Origin: Phycisphaerales bacterium
GTDB lineage: Bacteria > Planctomycetota > Phycisphaerae > WQYP01
Length of the DNA stretch: 49,296 nt
NCBI GenBank assembly: GCA_027451365.1
Contig: DAIDJN010000062.1
Span: 1 to 49,296, forward strand
Direction of reading: 5' to 3'
Shown piece after piece: positions 9,983-17,936 of the stretch (position 1 is its first letter; every line of letters begins with the position of its first letter). The translations under genes and the position numbers were made by a program. The notes below the pieces were generated by a model that ran no database searches, was not told where the DNA came from, and saw only the letters and a program-made list of their open reading frames with translations.

Positions 9983-10019
9983 TGGCAATTTGTGCAAATA
10001 TTTTGGCCTTTTCTGCAAA
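9983..10019. promoter_or_regulatory. Putative AraC/XylR-type tandem operator in the GH116/regulator divergent region
   Basis: tggcaatttgtgcaaa (9983) and tggccttttctgcaaa (10004) form a direct repeat at 21-bp period, abutting a minus-strand TTGTGG-N17-TAAGTT promoter-like element. Confidence 0.55.
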
Positions 10020-10069
10020 ACAGCGAAACACCTTGCATCGGCAACTAATGTTGGGTATCACTATCGGCC

Positions 10070-11215
10070 ATGGCTTACAAAAGATACAGCCGACGACACA
10101 TTCTTCTGGCGCTGGACTATTACGATGAAGAAATCAACCGTGGCGTGGCGGAATACGCTCGCCGCGCCGGCTGGATACTCAACGACATTATCGGCCATGA
10201 TGGCAGAATCCCCAGCCATTGGATTGGCGATGGCGTAATCGCGCTGCTGAACCACTCTAGGGGGCGTTTGGCAAAATTTGTCAGCCACACCAAAGTGCCC
10301 GTTGTGGATATGGTCAATGAAGTCTCGGAAATTGAAGTTGCCAGGGTACTGGCGGATAACCGGGCCATTGGCCGTACCGGTGCCGAACATCTGCTGTCCT
10401 GTGGCTTTGAACACCTGGCGTTTTTTCAGTTGGGCGATGCCAGCGTGGAACGCGAACGTATGGATGGTTTCCAGCAAGCGGCGGCATCTGCAGGAAAACA
10501 CGTTTACCATCTGAATTTTTCGAAACTATCGAGGGACATGGCCCAAACGCTCGACCCGACGGTGTGGCTGGCCGAACATATATCCAAACTTCCACGACCG
10601 CTTGGAATCATGGCGCAATATGATCGCAACGCACAATATGCCATTCAGGCCGCCGAACTCGCATCTATGATGGTTCCCAATGACATTGCCGTAGTCGGTG
10701 TGGACAACGACATCATTTCCTGCGAATTAGGACTCCTCCCCCTGACCAGTGTGGATCGGCGACGACACGATCACGGCTTTGAGGCCGCCGCCCTGCTAGA
10801 TCGTTTAATCTCCGGGGAGAAACCGCCCAAAAGCCCCATCTTAGTCGCCCCGGGCCCCGTTGTGGTCCGGCAAAGCACCAACATCTTTGCCGTCGATAAC
10901 CCGCAACTGACCCGCGCAATCCGCTTCATATCCGAGCATTTCCGCGAGCCTTTGTCCGTGGAGGATGTGGTCGCGGCTGCCGAAACCACACGCCGACATT
11001 TATACGGGTTATTTGAGCAAAAACTGGGCCGGGGGATAAAATCCGAAATATTGCGATATCGGATCAATGAGGCACGGCGGCTTTTGACCACAACGCAGCT
11101 TAAGCTTTTCACGGTAGCCACGAAATCCGGTTTTCGAGATGAATGCCATCTTTCACGCGTATTCAAAACCGAAGCCGGCCTGTCGCCAGGCGAATTAAGA
11201 CGCAGCAGATATTAA
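10070..11215 (+). CDS. xylR: XylR-type transcriptional regulator (LacI-like ligand domain + C-terminal AraC HTH)
   Basis: DNRAIGRTGAEHL, RMDGF, VPNDIAVVGVDND, PLTSVD, VVVRQST, then AraC HTH (RINEARRLL..VATKSGF..HLSRVFK..GLSP). Inducer not necessarily xylose. Confidence 0.88.
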   Translation: MAYKRYSRRHILLALDYYDEEINRGVAEYARRAGWILNDIIGHDGRIPSHWIGDGVIALLNHSRGRLAKFVSHTKVPVVDMVNEVSEIEVARVLADNRAIGRTGAEHLLSCGFEHLAFFQLGDASVERERMDGFQQAAASAGKHVYHLNFSKLSRDMAQTLDPTVWLAEHISKLPRPLGIMAQYDRNAQYAIQAAELASMMVPNDIAVVGVDNDIISCELGLLPLTSVDRRRHDHGFEAAALLDRLISGEKPPKSPILVAPGPVVVRQSTNIFAVDNPQLTRAIRFISEHFREPLSVEDVVAAAETTRRHLYGLFEQKLGRGIKSEILRYRINEARRLLTTTQLKLFTVATKSGFRDECHLSRVFKTEAGLSPGELRRSRY

Positions 11216-11319
11216 GAATTCATATGCCACCAGAGGAAGGGTGCGCGAGACGCAATGCCGGGGGTATTGGTAGAATATGAACGGTTATTCTGTAATACTC
11301 CCCAACGGCTCTGGGAATG

Positions 11320-11528
11320 CTATACGCAACTGACGGATGGCCGCACGCTGGTGCGGTCTCGTTACACGGTACCTGAACCGGACCAGCAACTCATTCTGGA
11401 CAAGCTGAATTGGGCGTTGCGCACACAGCCGCCGCCGCCCCCAAACCAGTTGCCAGCGCAGTGGAAACTTTTACCCTTGGCGTTGCGCCAAGGCCCCTTT
11501 TAACAGCTTGGTGCGAAGGTTGGGTTAG
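11320..11528 (+). mobile_element. IS1634-family transposase C-terminal remnant with probable right end
   Basis: TDGRTLVRSRYTVPEPDQQLILDKLNWALRTQPPP resembles the C-terminus of IS1634-family transposases; no N-terminal part is present. Confidence 0.7.
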
Positions 11529-11819
11529 GTAAAGTGGGGAAACTCCAGTCACAGCCCCGTCCATTGACGATCTATTGAAATGATTCATTTCGAACAGCGC
11601 GTTTGATTGCCGAATCAGACCTTGCCCCTACCTGGAACCTGAATCCTTCTTAATTATCGATTATAAATGAAGGAGCTTGATTCCGGCATCCGTATCGCAG
11701 AATTGCCGATATTTTCTGATTTAATCAACATATCAATATGTTTATTTATGCTAATTAATAATCGGGAATGCGGGCCAATGGCAGCCTCACACGCCCTGGG
11801 GAAATGAGGCGCTCTGGAA

Positions 11820-12809
11820 TTAATATGGTCCGCGAATATGGGCTTTCACCTTGGTGTCATAAAATACGCGGATTTTTTCGTGAAGTGCCGGCGAAAGCGG
11901 CGCAGCGTCGGATGCAGCCACATTGCCGATGACCTGCTCTGGACGGGTGGCACCGGGAATAACCGTGGTTACGGCGGGAAAATCCAGTATCCAGCGCAGG
12001 GCCACACGGGAAAGATTCTCCGATTCTCCGGTCATGATTTTGAGTTGGCTGGTCAGTTCAAGGCCTTTTTCAAACGGCAGACCCGCAAATGTTTCGCCGA
12101 CGTTGAATTGCTCACCGTTGCGGTTAAATGTGCGATGATCGTTGGCGGAAAACGAACTTAGAGGAGTCATTTTCCCCGCCAGAAGGCCGCTGGCAAGCGG
12201 AAGCCGCACAATAATTGCCACGCCCTTTTTCCGGGCTTCCGCCAGAACCTGCTCAAGTGGTTTCTGGCGGAAAATATTGAAAATGATCTGGAGGGAATCG
12301 CAGGCCTCATGTCGCAGGCAGAACATGGCCTCTTCCATGGTTTCAACGCTGGCACCGGCGTGGTGTATCAGGCCCTCGGCTTTGAGTTTGGCCAGCCAAT
12401 CAAACGCCTCGCCGGAACGCAGATATTCCGGCGGAACACAATGCAATTGAACAAGGTCCAATTTTGACCGCTTGAGGCGGACCAATGAATCTGTCACACA
12501 TTGGCGGAACAGATCCAGCGAATATTGATCAGGATAGCCGTGCAAGCGGCCCAGCTTGGTGGCCACAAAAATATTGGCACCGCCTCCGGGCAGGCCGGCG
12601 AGAAAATCACCGATAAGCGTTTCGCTGCGGCCTGCGCCGTACACATCGGCGGTATCAAGAAAGGTAACCCCCTGGTCAACAGCGGCTTGAAGTATGGCAA
12701 ATGCGACGGTCTGGGAAATGTCACCCCATTGGCTGCCACCAAGCTGCCAGCAACCCAGTCCGATTTCCGAAACGCGCACACCTAATTGGGCGGCCAGACG
12801 GTATTTCAT
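11820..12809 (-). CDS. Aldo/keto reductase
   Basis: VSEIGLGCWQLGG, FLDTADVYG, VATK, LDLVQLH, VIPGA motifs (D/Y/K/H catalytic tetrad). Confidence 0.95.
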   Translation of the reverse strand: MKYRLAAQLGVRVSEIGLGCWQLGGSQWGDISQTVAFAILQAAVDQGVTFLDTADVYGAGRSETLIGDFLAGLPGGGANIFVATKLGRLHGYPDQYSLDLFRQCVTDSLVRLKRSKLDLVQLHCVPPEYLRSGEAFDWLAKLKAEGLIHHAGASVETMEEAMFCLRHEACDSLQIIFNIFRQKPLEQVLAEARKKGVAIIVRLPLASGLLAGKMTPLSSFSANDHRTFNRNGEQFNVGETFAGLPFEKGLELTSQLKIMTGESENLSRVALRWILDFPAVTTVIPGATRPEQVIGNVAASDAAPLSPALHEKIRVFYDTKVKAHIRGPY

Positions 12810-12834
12810 GTCATGTATCCTTCAAGAAGGCAAG

Positions 12835-13263
12835 TTATGGGATATTCTTCCGCCGCCCGATGATGACAAATCGGTGCGAAACCGTGGAATAGCCAAGCTG
12901 CTGGGCAAGTTTTCCGCAAAGCGCCAAAACCTCGGCACTTTCAAATGGCACGATTAATCCGGTTTCGATATCGACCAGATGGTCATGGCCACCACCCGTT
13001 CCAGCAAAGTCGTAATAAGACTGTTTTCCAGCGCCAAAAAAAACCTGGTTCAAAAGGCCTGATTCAACCAGATGCTTGAGTGTGCGATAGACGGTGGCTT
13101 TGCTGGCGCGGTGATCGCTTTGCCGTAACTGCAGAAGCAATTCCTCGGCTTCGAAGGGGCGGCGAAACTGTTGAACGGCTTCGAGAATCACGCGCCGTTC
13201 CGGCGTGAATTTGTGGTGCCGTGTGCGAAGAAAGGTCTGAAAAATTTCCTGTGCGGATTCCAT
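12835..13263 (-). CDS. fur: Fur-family transcriptional regulator
   Basis: TPERRVIL, SKATVYRTL..L.ESGL, HDHL, SHRF; lacks the CxxC zinc motifs. Confidence 0.9.
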   Translation of the reverse strand: MESAQEIFQTFLRTRHHKFTPERRVILEAVQQFRRPFEAEELLLQLRQSDHRASKATVYRTLKHLVESGLLNQVFFGAGKQSYYDFAGTGGGHDHLVDIETGLIVPFESAEVLALCGKLAQQLGYSTVSHRFVIIGRRKNIP

Positions 13264-13391
13264 GCCGCCTGATTATGCCCGCCAGGGGGCAGACGGGCAA
13301 ACGGCCCGTTCAAAATTGACTGCATCAGGCCCGATTAAACCCCAAATCCGTATCCCCAATTCTGACTGAATCGCTGGGATACGGGCCATCC

Positions 13392-13428
13392 AAAAAAAAG
13401 CGGCGGCGAATAGCCTCACCGCCGCTTT
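13392..13428 (-). terminator. Intrinsic terminator after the aminotransferase gene
   Basis: Minus strand AAAGCGGCGGUGA-GGCUAU-UCGCCGCCGC followed by U8. Confidence 0.8.
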
Positions 13429-13492
13429 ATTCGTGATTTTCCAATAATCAGTCCGGCATAATGCCGCAACTGACCCGTGGGTTGGGCAAAAA

Positions 13493-14632
13493 TTAACTAT
13501 GCAGTTTGGCAAGTTCCTGATGCGCCGCCGCCACACCAGCACCAAAGGTGAACTTATGCCCCTGCTGTTGAAGCACAATTTCCAGGGCGCTGATGACTCC
13601 AAGGGTGTCAAATGCGTCCACATATCCCATGTGGCTTAGGCGGAAAATCTGACCTTGCATGGAACCCTGTCCGGCGGCAATATGAATATTGAACTGTTTG
13701 CGAAGTGCACCGCGGAAGGTTTTGTCGTCAAAGCCAGTGGGGTAATGAATACCGGTAACGGAATCCACTGGATTGCTGGAAAACACTTTAAGCCCCATGG
13801 CAACGGCGGCGGCCCTTGTAGCGCGGGCGAACGCCGCAGTTCGCTTCCAGACGTTTTCCATACCTTCCTGGGTAATCATGGTAAGGGAGGTGTTCAAGCC
13901 GCGCACCAGGGTAACAGCGGGTGTCCAGGGCACATCGTTTTCCGCAAGGCTTTTAAGATAATGCGAAAGGCTTAAATAGAGATTGGGCTGCTGAACAGTT
14001 TCAGATTTCTTTTTTGCCTTTTCCGACACACTCAGAAAGCCGAGGCCTGGTGGAAGCATCATGGCTTTCTGGGAACCGGTTACCAGAATGTCGACCCCCC
14101 ATTCATCGGGTTTAACGGGAATTGCGCCCACGCTGGTGATGCCATCGACAATCAGAATCGCATCAGTCTTCCGGACGAGTGCGGCAATGGCTTGAAGGTC
14201 GTTGACAGTGCACGTACTGGTTTCGCTGTGGCAAAGCGTCACGGCGTCAAATTTGTGCGCGGCCAGCGCATCGGCCACTTTTTCCGGCGGAACGGCGTGG
14301 CCATATTCGGCCTTGAGTTCCACAATTTCGCACTTGTTCCGTTTGGCAATGGTCACCCATCGCTCCGCAAATTTTCCATTGGAAAGGCACAGGACCTTAC
14401 CCCCCTGCGGAATGGTGTTGATCATGGCGCATTCGTAGGCGGCGGTGCCGCTGCCGGCGATGGTGACCACGGGGTTGGCGGTAAGAAAAACCTGACCGAG
14501 CAGTTTGTTCACAGAGGCAAACAGGTTTTTGTAATCCTGTGTGCGATGATGAAAAACCGGCTTGGCCATTTCCAGAAGCACTTCTTCCGGAACGCTGGTA
14601 GGACCGGGGGTGAAAAGACGCATACGATTCAT
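13493..14632 (-). CDS. Class V PLP aminotransferase (alanine/serine-glyoxylate type)
   Basis: LFTPGPT, HHRT, GSGT, HSETST, IVDGITS, GSQKAMMLPPG (PLP Lys), IFRLSHMG. GGAG RBS before ATG 14632. Confidence 0.93.
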   Translation of the reverse strand: MNRMRLFTPGPTSVPEEVLLEMAKPVFHHRTQDYKNLFASVNKLLGQVFLTANPVVTIAGSGTAAYECAMINTIPQGGKVLCLSNGKFAERWVTIAKRNKCEIVELKAEYGHAVPPEKVADALAAHKFDAVTLCHSETSTCTVNDLQAIAALVRKTDAILIVDGITSVGAIPVKPDEWGVDILVTGSQKAMMLPPGLGFLSVSEKAKKKSETVQQPNLYLSLSHYLKSLAENDVPWTPAVTLVRGLNTSLTMITQEGMENVWKRTAAFARATRAAAVAMGLKVFSSNPVDSVTGIHYPTGFDDKTFRGALRKQFNIHIAAGQGSMQGQIFRLSHMGYVDAFDTLGVISALEIVLQQQGHKFTFGAGVAAAHQELAKLHS

Positions 14633-14835
14633 CGGGGAAACTCCATGCAAAATTTATCTCTGGGTGAATGGCTCATGCACAGAGCCGATTGTTTCACCAC
14701 AAAGCCGTTGGACACTATAAGGGATTGATATTCCGCCACAAGGCCGGGGGCATTTCTGGGCATTCTAGTTCTGGTTGGGGCCGGAACGAGGCGGCGCGTG
14801 AGCCGCCCAGCAGCCAATGGCTTTTTTCGGAAATC

Positions 14836-15117
14836 TCAGGAATCCTCCACTGGTATAACCTGGGTAATTTCGGGAACTTTTTCCCGGAGGCTCTTTTCAA
14901 TTCCCAGTCGAAGCGTGGCATCGGAACTTGGACAGCCGACACATGCGCCGCGAAAGCGAACTTTTACGACGCCAGCGGCGCTGACATCGACAAGGTCTAC
15001 ATCTCCACCATCCCATTGAATTAACGGTCGCAGCGTATCCAAGACCGCCTGCACACGGCCCCAAAGCGGCACGTCGGGGTTGGACTGAATCAAGGGCAGC
15101 GTTCGATTTTCGACCAT
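14836..15117 (-). CDS. NifU/Nfu C-terminal domain protein (Fe-S cluster carrier)
   Basis: LRPLIQWDGGDV..V.F.GACVGCPSS..TL..GIE is the canonical Nfu CxxC domain. Confidence 0.93.
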   Translation of the reverse strand: MVENRTLPLIQSNPDVPLWGRVQAVLDTLRPLIQWDGGDVDLVDVSAAGVVKVRFRGACVGCPSSDATLRLGIEKSLREKVPEITQVIPVEDS

Positions 15118-15132
15118 AAATCCTCTGAAAAC

Positions 15133-15161
15133 AGTATAGAATCAGCGGCAACCGCGGGCAA
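15133..15161 (-). promoter_or_regulatory. Sigma70-type promoter for the Nfu gene
   Basis: TTGCCC-N17-TATACT on the minus strand. Confidence 0.5.
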
Positions 15162-15208
15162 GCCCTGATTTTTGCCAACAGCCGCCGAGGAGGCATAGAA
15201 ATAATCGC

Positions 15209-16390
15209 TTAGCTTCTCCGCCGCAGCACCCAGGTCCGTTTATGCAGCAGCATATCCATGGTTGGCGATAAGGATTGCATGACAAGCAGAACGGTCGTGG
15301 CGGGGGGCACCGGGACATCCAGTCGATGAATGAAAGCGGCCGCCAGCCCGGCGACAAGCAGAAAAATTCGACGGGCGGCGGGTTCGATGGGCAGTGTGCC
15401 GGGCAAAGCGAGAATAAATACTGACGCGAAAATAAAATCCGAGCTGCATAATTCATAAGTAAGCAAAGCGATGGCCCGCTCCGGAGGAAGATACCAGATA
15501 CCACCCAGACTTTGCCAGAAATCATGGTGAAACACATGGGGCGAAAGCGGGCAAAAAACCAGTCCAATCAACACTGCCGCCAGAAAAATCGCCCATGAAT
15601 CCGGGCGCAATATATGCCTGTAAGACAAGTACAGGCCGGCCAGAATAATCGCCAGCAGGCCCACAGTACCCGTCAATCCTGAGACTCCTCCCAGCACCAG
15701 TGCGGCAGGCGATGGCAGGCTCATGGCAAAGGCTGCCCGCATGGCACGGTTGGATGCAGGACTCACCGGATACGGGGCAATTCGCTTGTAAAGGCGGCTG
15801 ATGGCAACGGCCGGCGGCCGAAGCCGCACCGCATCGGCCCGCACAAAACTGGATGCGGTTGGCCAGGCGTACACGCGTTCCTGCCGTGCATGGGCGGCAT
15901 CGCCCCAAAAAAGTCGATTCCGCATAAGGAGCGGCCAATGGCCAGGTGCGGGAAAAATAACCATTACCAGCAGGGCGGCCAGAATACTTAAATGTATTCC
16001 TTCGCGGCGCACTGGGCCGGTCAGCCAGAGCAGCGCGGTCATGAATACGCCCGCACCGGCCGCGATGTACCACGGCAATAGCGGGTAGGCCAAAGCGGCT
16101 GCCAGAAAAGCGCCGGCAAGTGTCTGATGAAAGGTCAGTTTCAGTCGCTGTTGAAACAGCTTTCGGAGGATCAAATAAGTCAGCGAAGCGCTGATAAAAT
16201 AAGCCGCCACTACCCAAGTCGCGCGAAATCCAAAAACCGCCATCCCCCAGGCCAGGGGCAGCAACGCGGAATAGACAATGGACTGGTAAAATTCGCGTCT
16301 GGCGACCGGCCAGAAAAGATAGGGAGCCGCGCATGCCGATACCCTGGCTGGCGCGGCCGTTGCGGGAGGACTTGTATCTGACCGAATCAT
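15209..16390 (-). CDS. rnfD: RnfD/NqrB-family integral membrane protein (divergent)
   Basis: RnfD-like topology (APYL.., ALLP..FG.RA, P.LPWY, LGGVSGLTG, LAGLYL, F.SVFI...P). ATG 16390 overlaps the stop of the upstream gene (TGATG). The FMN-acceptor Thr motif appears absent. Confidence 0.7.
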   Translation of the reverse strand: MIRSDTSPPATAAPARVSACAAPYLFWPVARREFYQSIVYSALLPLAWGMAVFGFRATWVVAAYFISASLTYLILRKLFQQRLKLTFHQTLAGAFLAAALAYPLLPWYIAAGAGVFMTALLWLTGPVRREGIHLSILAALLVMVIFPAPGHWPLLMRNRLFWGDAAHARQERVYAWPTASSFVRADAVRLRPPAVAISRLYKRIAPYPVSPASNRAMRAAFAMSLPSPAALVLGGVSGLTGTVGLLAIILAGLYLSYRHILRPDSWAIFLAAVLIGLVFCPLSPHVFHHDFWQSLGGIWYLPPERAIALLTYELCSSDFIFASVFILALPGTLPIEPAARRIFLLVAGLAAAFIHRLDVPVPPATTVLLVMQSLSPTMDMLLHKRTWVLRRRS

Positions 16391-17481
16391 CAGGACCGCT
16401 CCTGCCTGCCGGCCAAAGCAGTGGTTCGCGCGTTTAACAATTTGATTCCACTGGAAAGCGGCAGACGTGACGGACACACATAGCTGCAAAGTCCACATTG
16501 CACGCACGCGGTCGCCTCCTGTTCACCAATTGGCGGATAATCAAGGCGCAACTGGCCAATCAGGGCAAGCGGATTAAGTTCGACCGGGCAGACGCTTACA
16601 CACCAGCCGCAGCGGATGCAATCGCATTCCAATTCCGCTGCCGGCAGGTCTCGGACGCTCAGCGAGCCAGTGGCCCAGTCGATCTGTCCTGTTTCCGGAT
16701 TCACCTGCTGTCCGGTCAGCATTCCACCGGCAATGCAGTCGCGTCCTCGCCATGCGATACCGGCACCATCCAGAATTTTTCCAATGTTTTCCCCTGGTCT
16801 GACATAGACGATTCCCGGTTCGGCACCGTCGGAAAAAATCTCCAGTGGGCGCACTCCAGGCCCGGAACCGTTAATCAACGCGCATCCTATGGCCCAACAG
16901 GTGACCGCATCAAGACAAATCACACCGCGATCCAGTGGCGATTCATTGGCGTAAAAACGTGATGAACAGACGGTCCGCAGCAAAAGCAGCGGATGCGCCT
17001 GTGGGTAGCGGTCCAACAGCGGCACCAGACGATAGGATTTTTCGGCCGCCTCAGCGCGCCAGGTTCGCCGCATTGATTTGTCATGCCGATTGATCGCAAT
17101 GATTACCTCTCGCGGCTCCAGACAGGCCACAATAAGCGCCAACCCGGCGGTAAGTTCCTTCATGGCAAAAAGCGTCAAACCCGCATTTAATTGTGATTCC
17201 GGCTGTTCAGCCAGCAGGTTCAACACGAGTCGGGTGCAAGGCCGGTCCGCGAGTTGTTCAACCGACTGACGCAAGCCAAGCATCCAATGCGACGTTGCAT
17301 CCGGGCAGACGGTGGCCAGGAATCGGCCCAGTGCGGGGCGATCTTCCGGGACAGGCGGGACTTGGATGCATGAATCCCGCGGAGTATCTGGAAAGCTGGG
17401 CCACGCTTGAACGCGCCAAGCCGGCGGGCCAAAATAAAGGCCACCAGCCATTCGTGACGAGTTAAAACCGAATAATCCCAT
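16390..17481 (-). CDS. rnfC: RnfC-like protein with two [4Fe-4S] motifs (divergent, shortened)
   Basis: YPQ, GVICLDAVT, SLBB-like IAGGMLTG, CIRCGWCVSVCP.EL.P and CVQCGLCSYVCPSRLPL match the RnfC C-terminal half. Confidence 0.78.
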   Translation of the reverse strand: MGLFGFNSSRMAGGLYFGPPAWRVQAWPSFPDTPRDSCIQVPPVPEDRPALGRFLATVCPDATSHWMLGLRQSVEQLADRPCTRLVLNLLAEQPESQLNAGLTLFAMKELTAGLALIVACLEPREVIIAINRHDKSMRRTWRAEAAEKSYRLVPLLDRYPQAHPLLLLRTVCSSRFYANESPLDRGVICLDAVTCWAIGCALINGSGPGVRPLEIFSDGAEPGIVYVRPGENIGKILDGAGIAWRGRDCIAGGMLTGQQVNPETGQIDWATGSLSVRDLPAAELECDCIRCGWCVSVCPVELNPLALIGQLRLDYPPIGEQEATACVQCGLCSYVCPSRLPLSSGIKLLNARTTALAGRQERS

Positions 17482-17792
17482 GACATCTCACACAATTACT
17501 AATCAGATACATTTATACCGCCCCGGCAGTCATTTGTCCGCTTTGACAGAGGCACGTTCGTCCGGTGATCTCATCCGTATATGTCCTGATGCGCAGGTGT
17601 GACGTTGGTTCGGCGTACCGTACAATGCCTTGGTGCGTCCGCACACTGGTCATGCGCATAAACCGGGACCAACCACTATTTGCTGAATCTAAACGATTGT
17701 ATCACCCCGCCCGTCCGGCGGCGGTACGCCTGTTCGGCCGCCATCCCAGAATTTCAGGCCAAGGTTGATGGGGCAGAGATTATTGAAGCGCA

Positions 17793-17820
17793 TTGACGCC
17801 CGCAGGCAGTTTGCTAACAT
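17793..17820 (+). promoter_or_regulatory. Sigma70-type promoter for the SSS symporter
   Basis: TTGACG-N16-TAACAT with an extended -10 TG. Confidence 0.5.
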
Positions 17821-17936
17821 AGCACGCTAACCGACGAACAGCCCGGCCAGCTGTTTACGCCTTTCTATAGCGAGTTGGCCGGAATCGAAGACGTTTCGGT
17901 GTTTTAGTTGTTAAATCCGTGGCTGGAGTAAACGAG

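Noticed and set aside
11255..11503. 82-aa ORF as an intact gene
   Set aside because: Only the C-terminal part resembles an IS1634 transposase; treated as a remnant.
11728..11743. AACATAT-CA-ATATGTT palindrome in the AT-rich island boundary
   Set aside because: Lies between convergent genes with no promoter to regulate; AT-rich palindromes arise easily.
13493..14632. Cysteine desulfurase (NifS) interpretation because of the adjacent Nfu gene
   Set aside because: Motifs (TPGP, GSQK, RLSHMG) are alanine/serine-glyoxylate type and there is no catalytic Cys loop.
16390..17481. PduS (BMC-associated RnfC homolog) interpretation linking it to the eutN genes
   Set aside because: It is coupled to an RnfD-like gene and lies about 28 kb from the BMC genes; there is no evidence of linkage.
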